From Basidiobolus meristosporus CBS 931.73 (taxonomy: Eukaryota > Fungi > Basidiobolomycota), in NCBI GenBank assembly GCA_002104905.1, contig MCFE01000453.1:8813-72812 (forward strand): 64,000 bases of DNA. Direction: 5' to 3'. The notes under the pieces were generated by a model. The model worked only from the letters and a program-made list of their open reading frames with translations, did not search any database and was not told where the DNA came from. How positions within the stretch are numbered: position 1 is the first letter of the stretch; each line of letters opens with the position of its first letter. A program made the position numbers and the translations under genes. Below, piece after piece: positions 37,001-50,681 of the stretch.

Positions 37001-38387
37001 ATAATGTCGCCTTTAACCTGCCGAATTTGGTGAAGGAGATAGCACGCATGTATACGCAAGCGATAAAAACCAAAGGGGTTGAGTTCCAGATTCTCATAGA
37101 CAGTTCTCTACCCCAGTGGATACGGGGAGACCAACAGCGGATTAAGCAGATCCTGATGAATTTCGTGAGCAACTCGTGTAAGTACACGTACCAAGGGAAG
37201 ATCACTATGGATGCGGAGCTGATCACCGTCAAAGAGGATGGTAAGGTGGATATCAAGCTCCGTGTCGCTGACAGCGGGATTGGGATCCCCCGAGACAAGC
37301 AGCCACTTATCTTCGAGAAATTTGAGCAGGTTGACAACTCATTGTCTAGGGCTATAAGCGGCACTGGCCTTGGGTTGGCTATTGCTCAAACTTTATCTAA
37401 GAATATGGGTGGCAACATCGGCTTCTCCTCAGTCGAGGGAGAAGGAAGCGAGTTCTACGTGATCATCCCGTTTGAAGTTGTGGATGATCATCACTCGGTG
37501 AACGAAAATCCCAACTCCGACGACCATGGGGAGGAGGAAGCCTTAGTAGAGGACGGGATGAAAGCAAGCGAATGGGATCCCCAGATTCCTTCTTCTTTAT
37601 TCAAATCCGAAACGAAGCCGAACCCCTCGTCGACCCAGGAGAGAACCGAGCCCATCACCCCCATTGTTAAACCCACGGTGGTCAAAAAGAGGGTCAAAAA
37701 GGTCGCTACCAGTGGGTCGAGTCCACGCGCGCCCGTCAAATCTCGTACCAGGCTTGAGAGTGTACTTACGCCTACATCACCCATGTCTCCCGTTCAACTA
37801 ACGAAGGATCAACTAAACAACATCTCTGACGATCCCAGCGTCCTTCTCAACGTGTTGGTGGTGGAAGATAACATTCTAAATCAGACGCTGATACTACGCA
37901 TGCTGCAAAAGCTGAAGTACAACGTGGATGTCGCGAACAATGGTAAGGAGGCAGTGGATCTGTACAAGAAGAAAAACCAGAACGGATTACCCGCTTCGGT
38001 TAACTCGAAGAGCGGTTTGTCGGCGGATATGTTCGACGTGATACTCATGGACTTGCAAATGCCGGTCATGGTAAGTTCATCCCCATCAACAGGGCGGTTC
38101 CTTTTGCTTCACTGTGGATACTGACCTCCATTTGTTAGGATGGTTTCGAGGCCACCTTTAATATATTGAATTTCCAATCTACCCATCCGCCTATGCAAGG
38201 CCGTCATGTGGCACCTATCATTGCGGTTACAGCTCAAGCCATGAGGGGTGACAGAGAACTGTGCCTTAGCAAGGGCATGAAAGGGTATATTAGCAAACCT
38301 ATTGATTTCAAACTCTTCCGGGAGACTCTAGATGACATCAAAAAAGAGAAAATCAAGAACCTACAGAGCGTCGATATCACTCTTTAG
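34026..38387 (+). CDS. fphA: Phytochrome: PAS-GAF-PHY photosensory core, histidine kinase and receiver; exons 34026-34872, 34931-35012, 35084-35482, 35576-36371, 36435-36756, 36827-38070, 38139-38387
   Basis: [16 protein letters not shown] (bilin-attachment Cys), [55 protein letters not shown], tongue PRTSF, H-box ANVSHEVRTPL, DSGIGI, GTGLGL, and receiver [18 protein letters not shown]. All six GT-AG introns restore the frame. Confidence 0.95.
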
Positions 38388-40357
38388 GTAGCAAGATTTC
38401 TCGTCAATGCCGGTGTAGCCCATCTTAGATATCTGCCCACATCCCCGCACAATCCATCACAACACGATCATGCATGCCAGTATGACGCCTGAAAATACTG
38501 GCATATCACCAGGAATGTTTAATTATAGCTTTAGAGGGACTGGCGTTAATATATGTTGCCAGCCGGATTACGCTTCATTGGTCAATTCATCGCGCCGCCC
38601 AAGGTTGATGTTTTTACCCCTGAAATTCTTACCGTTATGTAAATAAACCCACCACTGTGAAGGGCTGATAATGAGCTTGCAATGAAAATCGCCTTCTCAG
38701 TTGCCGAACACCGCTGGTGTCTATTTGTCGGCGGTGATGGCTGCATCCATTCCTATCCCAAACCAAAATTCCCCCCTCCCGTCGTCAACAAAGAATGGGC
38801 CATGCTACCAGCAGCATTGGCCAAGTTTGAGGCATGTCTGGACAAGCACAAGTCCTCCGTATGTTTATGGAAGCTTCTGCATCATCATTATATCATCGCA
38901 CAATTGTCTCCTATGGGTTCTATTCTCCCTTCCAATTTCTTAGTATGATAAAACGGCCGTCAGCTGCTGACAAGCCATATCCGAGTCATGCACACCAAAT
39001 TCTCCCCTATAATTTGCGCTTAACTAGGGTTTTTACCGCCCCCCTTCATTGTCTGATATTTTTCAGTTTACCATTACTCTCTCCTTTACCCACTCTCACC
39101 ATACGCTTCCCACATATAATGTGGATCAAAAGTGACGTTGCTTCTGACCTATCTACCACTATATATGCCCATACTTGCCGTAGCAATAGTTTGGGGAGTT
39201 TCTGAAGTGCTTTGGAAAACTCGATGATTCCATGGCATCCGGGCAGTTTGTTGAGCCAAAAACTTTGACATTGTTGTGATGTTTTTCATTGAATCAGTGG
39301 AAATATTACTAGTGGAACTGATCAGTGATAAAAGTCAAAGTACAAGTTCTCTTGACTGGTATCCCTTTAACGGATAGCAATGAAATACTTAATAGAATCC
39401 CCCAGGAAGTTCCATCGAAGCTTTGAGCCTCATTGAATACGCTTGAGCTTCCACTATTTGCAGGAATTACCCTATGAGAAATCTCATGCTTGGAATTCAT
39501 CCAATAATCTGCTAGTATTTGCTGGCATTCATCTAACATTTTTCCTTCAAATTTTTTGTTGTAAATCATTAAGTGGTGCATTACTTCTTACCAAATTTGG
39601 TATGAATACTATTTAGTCTAGCCACATTCTAGAAAATATGTCTTTGTGCCTGCCAAATAGCTAGAACCTGAGATATGGAGAGTTGTAAGTTTAGAGGAAC
39701 TTGGAAACCTGCTGGCCTTCAACTAATTCTGTTTCTCAGGGTTAGTTAAACCTCATCACAATTATTTTGTTCATGGTAGCACATTATGCTCAAGTCCTTA
39801 CCAAATATGTCTACAGGAATGCACTTGTGATTGCTTACACAGTCTGCTTATACTTCAACTGCAAGAGTGCAGCATCTTGACCCAGTCCAACTTAAAGCAA
39901 ATCTACCAGCATTTGCCAGGTAGCTAAATAGATGTATGTCTGATAGAACTATCTAAGCTGCATCAATATTCAAGGTTACATCTATGCACATAATAGAATA
40001 TCAACACTATGAGAAATAATTTGATCCCACAGGTGGATCTAATTCAGATCAGCCATCAGGATTTTATGACAAGGCCATCATAATGCAAGTAGCTTAAAAT
40101 TCTTTACCTACTTGACAACTCTGTGGCAGGACTCATGACAGTGTCATGCTGTCTTTACTGCAAAATATAGTACTAGACTTGACAGTGTTTTGATGGTCTT
40201 TCTGCAGGGCTTGCATGGTATTGAGGTGGTCCTAATGCTGTCTACACTTATTTGTACAGACCTAACTGGCCATTACATGCAGTAGCCTTATATGGTAAGA
40301 TACCTGAGAGTGTTTTGATGGTCATTACATAAACCTCCAGTGGCATAATCATGGCAG

Positions 40358-40705
40358 TGTTGTAAGAATTTGTAATTCCACCTTTAAAGTCACCTAACTT
40401 TGTCACTAAGATCTATACCTTAAAGTCTTCAAGAATTCTGACCAAATTCCTTGCTGGGATCTAATTGGATTATTTTCACCAAAACATTAGGAGCCCAAAA
40501 TATGAGTATTCTCAAAGCTGTCCAAATAGTCCTAGACTTTACATTCATGCTCTTTGGACCCTCTCAATATTTTCTACATGCTTGCACTACCAAGACCCTA
40601 TAAAATTATCAATACCACTTTTAGATGCAATAAATTATTAAGTAAAAACTACATAATCTAATTTTCCCCTCTATTGCTTCCAATATCTCCATAACTCTTA
40701 CAGCA
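40358..40705 (+). mobile_element. Solo copia LTR with 5-bp target-site duplication
   Basis: GGCAG-[TGTTGTAAGAATTTG...CTTACAGCA]-GGCAG; homologous to the LTR at 42008-42356. Confidence 0.85.
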
Positions 40706-42007
40706 GGCAGTATTACTACCCACAGCTAGTTTTATATACTGCTACCATACCAATTTAACAAATTGTTTCTCATTGTCTATCTCCCCTTGTGCTACTCATA
40801 TATTCAGCTACAGAATCACACCAGTTGACTTGTCTACCCACTACTACATTGGGTATTCAGCATGTAGTTTAAATCATAAGAGCTATGGCTGCCTGCTTAC
40901 TAACCACTACACACTGAGATACCTTCAATGTGGCTGTTACAATGCTAGCAGCTTGAAATTTCTGATCTTCTTCACAATATTTTAGCAGCATTGTGACAGT
41001 GTTTTGCTGTTTTTACTGCTAAATAAAGTAATAAGCTTGATAGTGCTTTAATAGTCTTTTTGCAATGACTTGCATGTCATCAAGACAGTCTTAGTATGAT
41101 CAACATATATTTGAGCAGACCTAACTTGTCAAAACATTCAGTTACCTGAAATGGTAAAGACCCTGTTGAGGTTTTGAGGGCCTCTGTGCAGACTGCTGCT
41201 GGAGTTGTCACAGCAGCATGGTGGTCTACAGCTAGTCCTGTATAATGCTACTGTACAAATACCCCAAATAGTATTCATATCACTGCCACCCCATGTACAA
41301 TTCATATGCTCAACATTAAAATCATGCTTCTTTATTTGCCTAACCACTACTGCCATGTGTATTACACATAAAGATTCTATATAAAAATACCTGGGATGAT
41401 CCCATTGTAGTGGGGTCATAGTGCCACCCACTGATTGATGTGCTCATTCCGATAATTTCTACTACCCTTATTTCAGTTTTATCCCATTTGTCTTATTTGA
41501 TCAGTACTATCCCATAAGCTAGCTGACTATCACACCTACTGATCTTATAACAAACATTATTCCTCACTTTATGTATATATGTATGAGGGCAGCCTACAGC
41601 TAGTACTGTATTATGCAACCATACCAATTTACCAATTGGTATTTCATTTTGCTACCTCATCTTTTGCAATTCATATATACCATTGTTATATCACCCCAAT
41701 TTATTTTATTACTCACTACTACCATGGCTACTCCACATATAGTTTGAATCAAAAAAAACTTTGGCCTCCTACTTACTAACCTCTACATACATGCACACCT
41801 GTTGCAATTGACACACTTCTATAACCTCAACTTTACAGCTTTTCAGTGTGCTACTTGTAAAGTTGCTATATACCTTATATTTCCGGTAACACATACATGT
41901 TGCAAACACATATACTGATGCTGCCACTTTTGCCATGAATACCTCTTGAATATCTGCAAGATACATTTTGGTACTTGGCCAATATATTTCTTTTCCCTTT
42001 GGGATTC

Positions 42008-43950
42008 TGTTGTAAGAATTTGCAACTTCACCTAAGTATTCATCCAACTTAGTCACTTAGATCAGTACCTTCAAATCCTAGAGAATGCTGACCAAACTCC
42101 TTATTAAGATTTACTTAGAATATTCTCACCAAAATATCAAGTACCCAGAACATGAAAATTCTCAAAGTTGTCCAAACAGCCCCAAGCTTTGCACACATGC
42201 TCTTAGAACCTTTCTAAACCTAATGTTTGTGTTTATAATGCCAAAACCATGTAAAAGTATAAATTCCACTTTTGCATTCAATAAATCATAAAGTGAAAGC
42301 CACATAATCTACTTATCCTCCTAAATACTTTCAATATTGCTGAGACTCTTACAACAGTTTATGAGCCCCAAGCTGTCACTCTCTGTAGTGTCTACTACTG
42401 CTATTATGGGAACTTTAACTCTGCTTAAAAGTTGGATGGATCTAACTACTAAGTGCAGAAGGTGAAGATGAATATGCTGCTACAAGAAAGAGGCCTTTGG
42501 GATATTTTCATGCAAGAAATATTCCTGCCTACAAATGTGGGAGAGAAACCCTCAAAGTATGAGAAGAAAGAACAAAGTGCCATTAACTGCATTGGCCTTA
42601 ATGTCAAAGACAAATTGCTAATTCAATGCTCAAGAGCAAAAGCAGCAAAGAACACCTGGAAGGTATTAGAAGACACCTACCAGTCATGTTCAGCTGCCAA
42701 GAAAATGTATCTAAGACAAAAACTCTTTACTTCAAAGATGCTGTCAGGCGAAGAAATGAAAGATCTAATTAGCAGAATACCATGCTGGCAGATGACATGA
42801 AAGCTGTGGGTGTACCATCTACTGATGAGGATGTGATAGTAGCCATCCTGAATAGCTTGACAGACAAGTTTCAGGGCCCCTTATCAGCTCTAGAGTCCAG
42901 AACTAAAGATTGGACCTTAAATTATGTATATGATAGGCTCCTGGATGAAGAGTTAAGAAAATCAAGCACCAATAAGAATGAAGAAGAAAATGCTTTAATA
43001 AGCAATGATAACCAGCAAAGAAGATACCAAAGACCTTTTAAAGGCAATACCAACCTGTTTTGCAACCACTGCAAAAGGAATGGAAACACATCAGTCCCGT
43101 GCTTGAAAAAGAGATACAGTCAGCAGAAAAAGCCTGAAAATGGAAATGTTATAACAACTGAAGATAGACTATTCATGTCTGCACTAAATATTACCACAAA
43201 CAAGGATTCTCAGATTTGGTATATAGACTCCGGAGCATCCTAACACTTTACACACCAGTAAGAACTTTTTACACAATTTCAAGAGATTCCAATCAAGAAG
43301 GTTTTCATGGGTGATAATAGAGCACTTGATACAGTGGGAGAAGAAATCATTCAAGTAAGCCTTAGAAGCAGTGAAGGAATCCATACTATCACCTTCCATG
43401 TAGTACTCTATCAATAATTGAAATCCCAAGTTCTATGATCCATGATCAAAAATTATCCTATGATATTTGGGTGGAATCAGTAGCCACCCATGTATACCTT
43501 AAAAGCAGGAGTTATAAAAGAATACTTTGTGATTCAACTCCATCTGAGGCATGGTAAGGATATATACCAAGTGCAAAACATTTAAGAGTATTAGGGTACA
43601 CAGCATATACCAAGAAACTGCCCAGAAATTAGTCAAAATTTGAGCCAAAAAGTGTAAATGCATATTTTGGGCTACTGCAATGAGAGTTAGGCAAACAGAC
43701 TCTAAGATGCCAAAGCAAAGAAGCTGATCAAGTCCAGTGATGTGTTATTTGATGAAAACTCAAAACTTTCACAAAAAATGACATAAGATGATGATGAAAT
43801 ATGATCTCAAGTCTGCCAATTGTCAGGTTTGAGTCAGAGCATACCAATGAAAATTTTTTCACTCCAGAGAGCTCTACAACTGTGATTCAGCCTGAATCAG
43901 TGCCCAGGAATATCCCAAAAGTGATTGTTTCAATATTAAATACCCGGTGA
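42008..43950 (+). mobile_element. Degenerate Ty1/copia element: 5' LTR (42008-42356), PBS, gag, protease, deleted integrase (3' limit approximate)
   Basis: TGTTG..CAACA followed by GTTTATGAGCCC; gag motifs (RGLWD, MYLRQKLF, zinc knuckle CNHCKRNG); WYIDSGAS; a degenerate post-integrase KFEPK...CIFLGY-like remnant; many stops and frameshifts. Confidence 0.85.
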
Positions 43951-44059
43951 TCCAAATGGACAAGAAATACCCCAAATTACTGTATCAATTAGGGTACAAA
44001 CTTAGCCTAGTTTACCAAATGCAGGTTCTGGATGTTTGGGAACTTGGGAGGGGGCCCAA

Positions 44060-47000
44060 CTGGGGATTACAGATATTTCTTGATGGTGCTGGAAGTCATA
44101 TTGGAGGCTTGGGATTCTGATATCCCTACTAGGAATGAAGCGGTGACAAGACTTGAGGACTGGGTGGCAAGAGTCTGAAAATGTTTCTTGCTCAGCAATG
44201 GGTGTTCCATTTGCCAACAGGCATCATCTCCCTCTTCCAGGGCATATTCCTTTTTTCTGGACAGGTCATCAGGCTTTCTTTGCTTTGCACCAGGTCTATA
44301 GGTGATAGTAAAGTCAAAGCTGGACAGGAAGAGTGACCATCTGGCTTGTCTCTGGTTTAGTACTTTGGAAGTTGCAAAGTACTCAAGGTTCTTATGGTCA
44401 CAGAAGACTTTGATTTTGTGTTTTGCACTGTCCAGGTAGTGTCTCCATTGCTCAAAGGCTACAATGATGGCAAGCAACTCCTTATCATAGATATCATAGT
44501 TAATCTCTGCAGGGGAAACCTTCCAAGAGTAGAATGCAATGGGGTGCAACACATTGTCTTCATCATACTAGGAGAGTATGGCACCAAGGGCAAAATCGGA
44601 AGCATCAGTCTCCACTATGAATTGCTTCTCAAGGTCAGGGTAGGCAAGCAGGGGGGCCTTCAGGAAAGATTTCTTGAGTGGGTTGAATGAGGTGGATTGC
44701 TCCTCATTCCAGGCAAAAGGTGTGTTCTTCTGGGTAAGCTTTGTCAGAGGGGTGACTATTGTGGAGTGTTGGCTATGAGCCTGCAATAGAAGTTGGCAAA
44801 TCCCAGGAAGGATTGTACTTCCTTGGCTGAGCTTGGAGTTTTTGAGGATTGGACTGAGTCAGCTTTCTTTGGGTCCATTCCTGTTCCCTCAGGGCTGATG
44901 AGGTAACCAAGAAGTTCCACTTCTCTCTGGTCAAATTCACACTTCTCTAGCTTGGCATAGAGACCAGCAGAGTCTAGTTTTCTCAATACTTTCTTGACAT
45001 GTTCATCATACTTATCTTGACTATTGGAGTATATGAGAATATCATCAAGGTTGATAACCACAAACTGGTCAAGGTACTCACGGAATATGTCATTCATGAG
45101 GTGTTGAAACACAGCAGGGGCATTGGTGAGGCCAAATGGCATTACTTTGTACTCAAAGTGACCATATCTTGTGCAAAAGGCAGTTTTCCATTCATCATCA
45201 GGCTTGATTCTGACAAGATTATAAGCTCCTCTCAAGTCTATCTTGGTGAAGACTTGGGCAGCAGATAGCTGATCCAACAGTTTGTTGATCAGGGGCAGGG
45301 GGTAGCGGTTCTTGACTGTGATCTTATTCAAAGCATGGTAGTCCACACACATTCTGAGGGTGCCATCCTTCTTCTTGACAAAGAGGATTGGGGCTCCAGC
45401 AGGTGATTTGGAGTGCTGAATAAAACCCTTCTGGAGGTTTTCTTGAATATAACCATGGAGTTCATTCAACTCTGGCTGGGAGAGGTTATATATTGGGCCA
45501 AATGGAGGGACTTTTCCATCTTCAAGGTCAATAAGGCAGTCATAAGGCCGATGGTCAGGGAGGAGTTCTGCTTTCTTCTTGTCAAAGACATGGGCAAACT
45601 CTTGGTACTTGGCTGGTATAGTTACTGAGGGGGCTCCTTCAGCTGGCAAGGTATCTTGGGCTGTTGCACTGTTGGCAACAGTCTTTTCACGGTTATCAGG
45701 GTCTGGAGATTTCATGGAGTTGACTTGGTGGGATCCGGTGAGTGACAGGATCTTGGATTCTCAATCAATACTTGGATTGTGGTAGCTTAGCCATGAGCTT
45801 CAATGCACAATAGGATAGTGTGGTGAGTTGATGATGTTGAAGGCAATTCTTTCTTGGTGAGCAGTACTGGACAGCTGGAGTAAGCATGTTTCATGGGTAA
45901 CGGCACCAGAGGAGAGTGATCTTCCATTAATAACTTCTACTTGGACTGGACAGGATTTCAAGGTAACAGGAATAGAGTGCTTCTGGACAAGGGCTTGGCC
46001 AATGAAACAGGATGAAGCACCAGAATCAATCAGGGCTAGGACTGGGACAGGGCTGGAGTCAGGGATCTGGATTTTGACAGGCATTCTGAAGGACTGGATA
46101 GATTTTGTGGCAAAGGAAGATTCTTGGATATGCTGGATTTTCATAGGTGGGTCTAGTTGCAAGCCTGTCAGTGCAACTGGACATTGGAGTTTCCCAACAG
46201 ATCTGAATCAGGTTGGTTACTGGAGTACTGCATCAGCTAGAAGCTGGACTTCTTGTTGGGGCAGGACTTGGCAAAGTGACCTGGTTGGCCACAGTATAGA
46301 CAGTGGTTGGCTTGTTGATGTCTGGACTTTTCACTCTTTTATAGTATCTTGTATTTGGCACTATCAATCTGCATAGAATATTTTGGAGTGACTTGGGGAG
46401 CAGGAGGGGCTGGGACTGCAGCAGGAATGTGTCTTTGACGGTTCTTTTGCTTCTTCTGGAATAGTCTGTTATCACACCGGATTGCTTGGTGCATAGCTTC
46501 AACCAATGTATCTGGATCTGGGAGTGTGAGTAGCAGATCACAAACTTCATCATTGAGGCCATCTTGGAGTTGGCTAATCAAGGCTGCTTGACCCCAGGAG
46601 CTGAGGTCACTGGAGAGTTGTTGGAATTCTGAGGCATAGACTGATGCTGGTTTGTTCCCTTGTTTGAGGGTCTTGAACTTGTTGGCAGCAGTTCTGGCTT
46701 GGTCAAGGTTACCAAATGTTAGCTCCATTTCAGTGAGAAAGGCTTGGTAGTCTCTGAGTAGGGGAGAGCTGGTCTCCACCAATGGGGAGAACCACTTGAG
46801 AGCTGTACCAGTAAGCAGGTTGGAGATGAAACCAACTTTGGCCTGGTCAGTAGGGTACCAGTTGGGCTGGAGTGCAAGATTGTTCTTCACCATGTTGATG
46901 AAGCCATGGAATTCATTCTGAGAGCCATTGAACTTGGTAGCAGGAGTATACTTGGGTTCTTGGTAGACTGGGACATGGCTAGTTTGCTGGACACTTTGGT

Positions 47001-48034
47001 TCTGGAACTGAGCAAGAGTGTTTCTGAGGTTTGCATGGTCTGGCTGCAGTTGAGTAAAGGCAGCCATGAGCTGGGCAAAGTTCAGCTCTAGGTTGGACAT
47101 GGTAGGAGAGGAAGGTGGATGAACTTGCAAGGAATACTGGAATATACTAAACTAGATTGTGGGTTTGTAGAGCCACTAGTATGTCAAGAATACAACTATT
47201 GAGCCACAATCCCCAACTTAAATAAGTTAGCATCACTTCAGAAGGTGCTGGTTTCAATGTCCTTTGATAGAGTATTGTACTAATGCTCCCAATACTGTAA
47301 CAACTGTAAACTCCACCAGCAGGGTAATAAAGTGAATGCAGCTTTGACCAATAGTTTTACAAAGATAAAATTTCTTTGCCTTTATAGGACAAGACTAGGG
47401 AAAGATCATGGGTGATACTTATGGTGAGTATTCCTTTTACAAGTTTTCTTAAAACTTTGAGCAGAAGGCAGGGATCCATAGGTAAGTCAGGAGAGTCTGA
47501 TAAAACTGTTATGAATAGACACAAGGCAGGAGAGTACAGCTAGGCAAGGCAGGACCAGGAAAGGACTTGGGTGTGGATCAACAAGGCAAGGTGGATTTCC
47601 AAGGCAGGGTGTTTATTCAAGACCTGTGTTTATCAGACTGAGGAATACTTAAGGGGGGATAGGACTATATATACTTTTTGGCTATACTGATGCCAAGAGA
47701 TATTAGCTAATATTAATGGGGTTGTGGGGTGAGGCACAGCAGCAGTGCTGGGTATAATAATACCAAAGGCAAGGCACTGAGACAGGATGGGGAAATGGAT
47801 TTGGTCACCTGATCATGGGACTAAGTCATGTGACCTGGTATCTCCATATATGGAACTGGACTATCAAAAATATGATGGGAAGCTTCCATGGAATGTTCCA
47901 TTGTGTTACAATGGTTTGGAATGGTCAGGAACTTTCTGGAAGGTGATAGAAGGTACCAGAAGGAATCTCTTAGAAATTGAGCTAGGAAGCTGAAACTTGG
48001 CATGGGTGTTCATGGTTGTCATGTGATCATGACA
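44060..48034 (-). mobile_element. Ty3/gypsy retrotransposon, 3'-truncated: putative 5' LTR (47182-48034), gag, protease, RT, RNase H; no integrase
   Basis: Gag 46339-47130 (KFNGSQNEF...LLTGTALKWF), protease [24 protein letters not shown] / [10 protein letters not shown] / NLDDILIYS, RNase H FIVETDASDFALGAILS and NYDIYDKELLAI. LTR ends are TGTCA..TGACA. Confidence 0.88.
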
Positions 48035-50681
48035 AACTCCAGTCTATCTAAAGAGTTCAAGATGTCTGATCAAGGAGAACTCATTTACTACTCAAGGATA
48101 AAGTTCTCCATAGACAGAAGTACCCAGACTATCACCTAAAGCCAATCCAAGTATATTCAACTACAAGAGGGTTTATGCTCCCAAAAGCACAGAAGAACTT
48201 AACCTTAAAGTACCAGAGTTTGACATTAAGTTACCTCTATGGACTACACCTGGATGAAGAGTTATCAAAGTCAAGTGTCAATAAGAAGGAAAAAGATAGT
48301 GCTTTGATATGCTATGATAACCAAAAGGAAGAGACTCAAGTCCCTTAAAAGGCATCAGCAAGCTGCACTGCCACTACTGCAAAAGGAAAAGACACACATC
48401 AGACTGGTGCTTCAAAAGCAAATATAATATGGAGAAAAAGCCTGAATATGGATATGCTACAGTGACTGCAGATAGACTATGCAAATCTGCACTAAATATG
48501 CAAACAAGCAAGAATTTTCATATGTGGCATATTAGACTTGCTCTATTGGATAGTGCCACATAGTGCCAGCCTGTCTATGGTGCCAGATCAATCTGGCACT
48601 CTATGGCACCATCTAGCACTATAATTTCTACCATAATGCCAGGGGTAGGATTTAGTTACTGGTAATTTTACTCAATCTTACTTATGTTGCCTAGAATAGT
48701 GCTTTCCTTGCTTTATCCACTCTTCATAATGCTCCAGACACATTTCTCTCTATGGGTGCCTTCTTGTATGAATATACTGTGCATTGATAAGTATATTAAG
48801 TATTTTACCTATTCTGCTGTTTTCTCCTATATATGACTTTCCTCTGTATTTATCAGCCAATATGCTGAATCTCTTCAGATATCCAAATATATGCTCTACT
48901 CTCACTCTGAAACAATTAAATATCACAATCTAGAGCTTCTGCTTCCTGCTAAGCACAACATTCCTTGGCTTCCTATTAGCTGTAATATATCCTAACCTAT
49001 GACAATCCTCTCCTAAATAAGCTAGGTCTGCCATACATTTCTCCTCTCTACTGAATTCTGGATAGTTCTCTACCCAGAGTGCACTGTCATGCCTACTTCC
49101 AGCCAAGGGCCCACTAAACCAGATGATGTTACCCTCAATGTCAGACAGTGCTTGAAACTTCACACAGTGTGCCTTGTACTTGCCAGAATAAAAGTGCCTC
49201 TGCCCTCTAGAAGGTCTGTTAATCCTGACTGGGAAGGTATCCAAAATACTCCTTATATGGAACCTGTTGCTGAGCACTCTGGAATATGGAGGTCTACTGG
49301 AGCTTCTGAGCCTAGTACTGCAAGCTTGCTCTAAGTCATTCACACCCTCTGCAAGGTGGTTCTCCATTGCTGTCAGCTGGGAATGAAAGCATCTAGGACT
49401 TTTGTTGCCAAGGATGGTGGGATGAAACCTTGTGGGGCAATAGTTCTTGTAATAGCAGTGAAGCTTAACAAGGGATTATCCTTGAGTAGATTGGGATAGA
49501 TGGTCCACAGTACTTTGAATAGTTCTCCTCCAGTGTGTCAAAAGGAAATGCAGTGGTAGTGATGAGATTGATGAGAAAAGATCATTCAGATGAGTAAGTC
49601 ATATTAAAATTGATAGGTGATTAGGCTGAGGTGATTTGAATCAATTTGGTACAATAAGTTTTATTTATCTGATTTCCATGCATTATGATTAAATCTCCAT
49701 CAATTGCCATGTATCCAATCATTATGTTGCAAGAATCATCCTTAAACCATGACTTGGTATTATTATAGATGCTTTACTTACAAGTCTATAATCAAATAGG
49801 AAATCTGCAATTAATGTGATCCAATCTGTGTCAATGCAATCTGAGATGCATCATGCATAATATGTGGAAAATTCAGCAATAACATTAGTTTCATATATAT
49901 TTCATATAACACTAGGTAGATGCCAATACACTACTGTATAGACTTGTTCCATTGTACCGTGCCAGGGCGCACGGCGCAATCCGCGGTCGCAAAAAATGAT
50001 TGGGCGCGATATTATAGCTACCAGAAGGCAGGATTGTTCTCGGACAATTTTGCACTCTGCAGGACAATCTCGCACACTATGGCACAATCTGACACAATGA
50101 GGTTGGCGCGGATGATCGCGCCAACTCGTAATGTTTGCATCACGTGTGCAATTGGATACCGCTATAATGGCAGGTAAAATCCGGTATTTGGATATGTTTC
50201 TTTAATGTAAATGGAAATAAATGTGTATCACACTATAAACTACACTGATACTTACCATTTTGGTTACCCTCACTCCAATTGGACGGTATCTCAGTGGTTA
50301 ATTGGTCCAAAAGTATCCTGAAGCTGGCAGCCCCCAATTGGCTCATTGACTACTGAAAAAGTTACCTGATTTGCCATCAAATATCCCATTTTGCCCATTG
50401 AGCAAGTAAATCCCTGATCCTAGTGATTGGACAAGGTGTCATAGCTAGCATGCAAGAGATTGTGTAGGTGCAAAACAGATCCAATAGCTGCACTGGTATT
50501 ACAGATGACGTATATATATGCAGGGTGTTTATTTATAGGGGTTCTGTCTCAAATGTGAGACGACCTTGATATTACTTATATCAAAAATTTGATGATCACT
50601 GATTTGCGATGGTTCAATTTGGATTGCAAAAAAAAGGGTTGTTGGGATCAATACAAATGTGAGCAATTCAAAGCGATTGCA

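Noticed and set aside
47160-47181. Candidate gypsy primer-binding site (TACTAGTGGCTCTAC on the minus strand)
   Set aside because: Could not be matched to a tRNA 3' end or to a self-priming partner in the LTR without a search.
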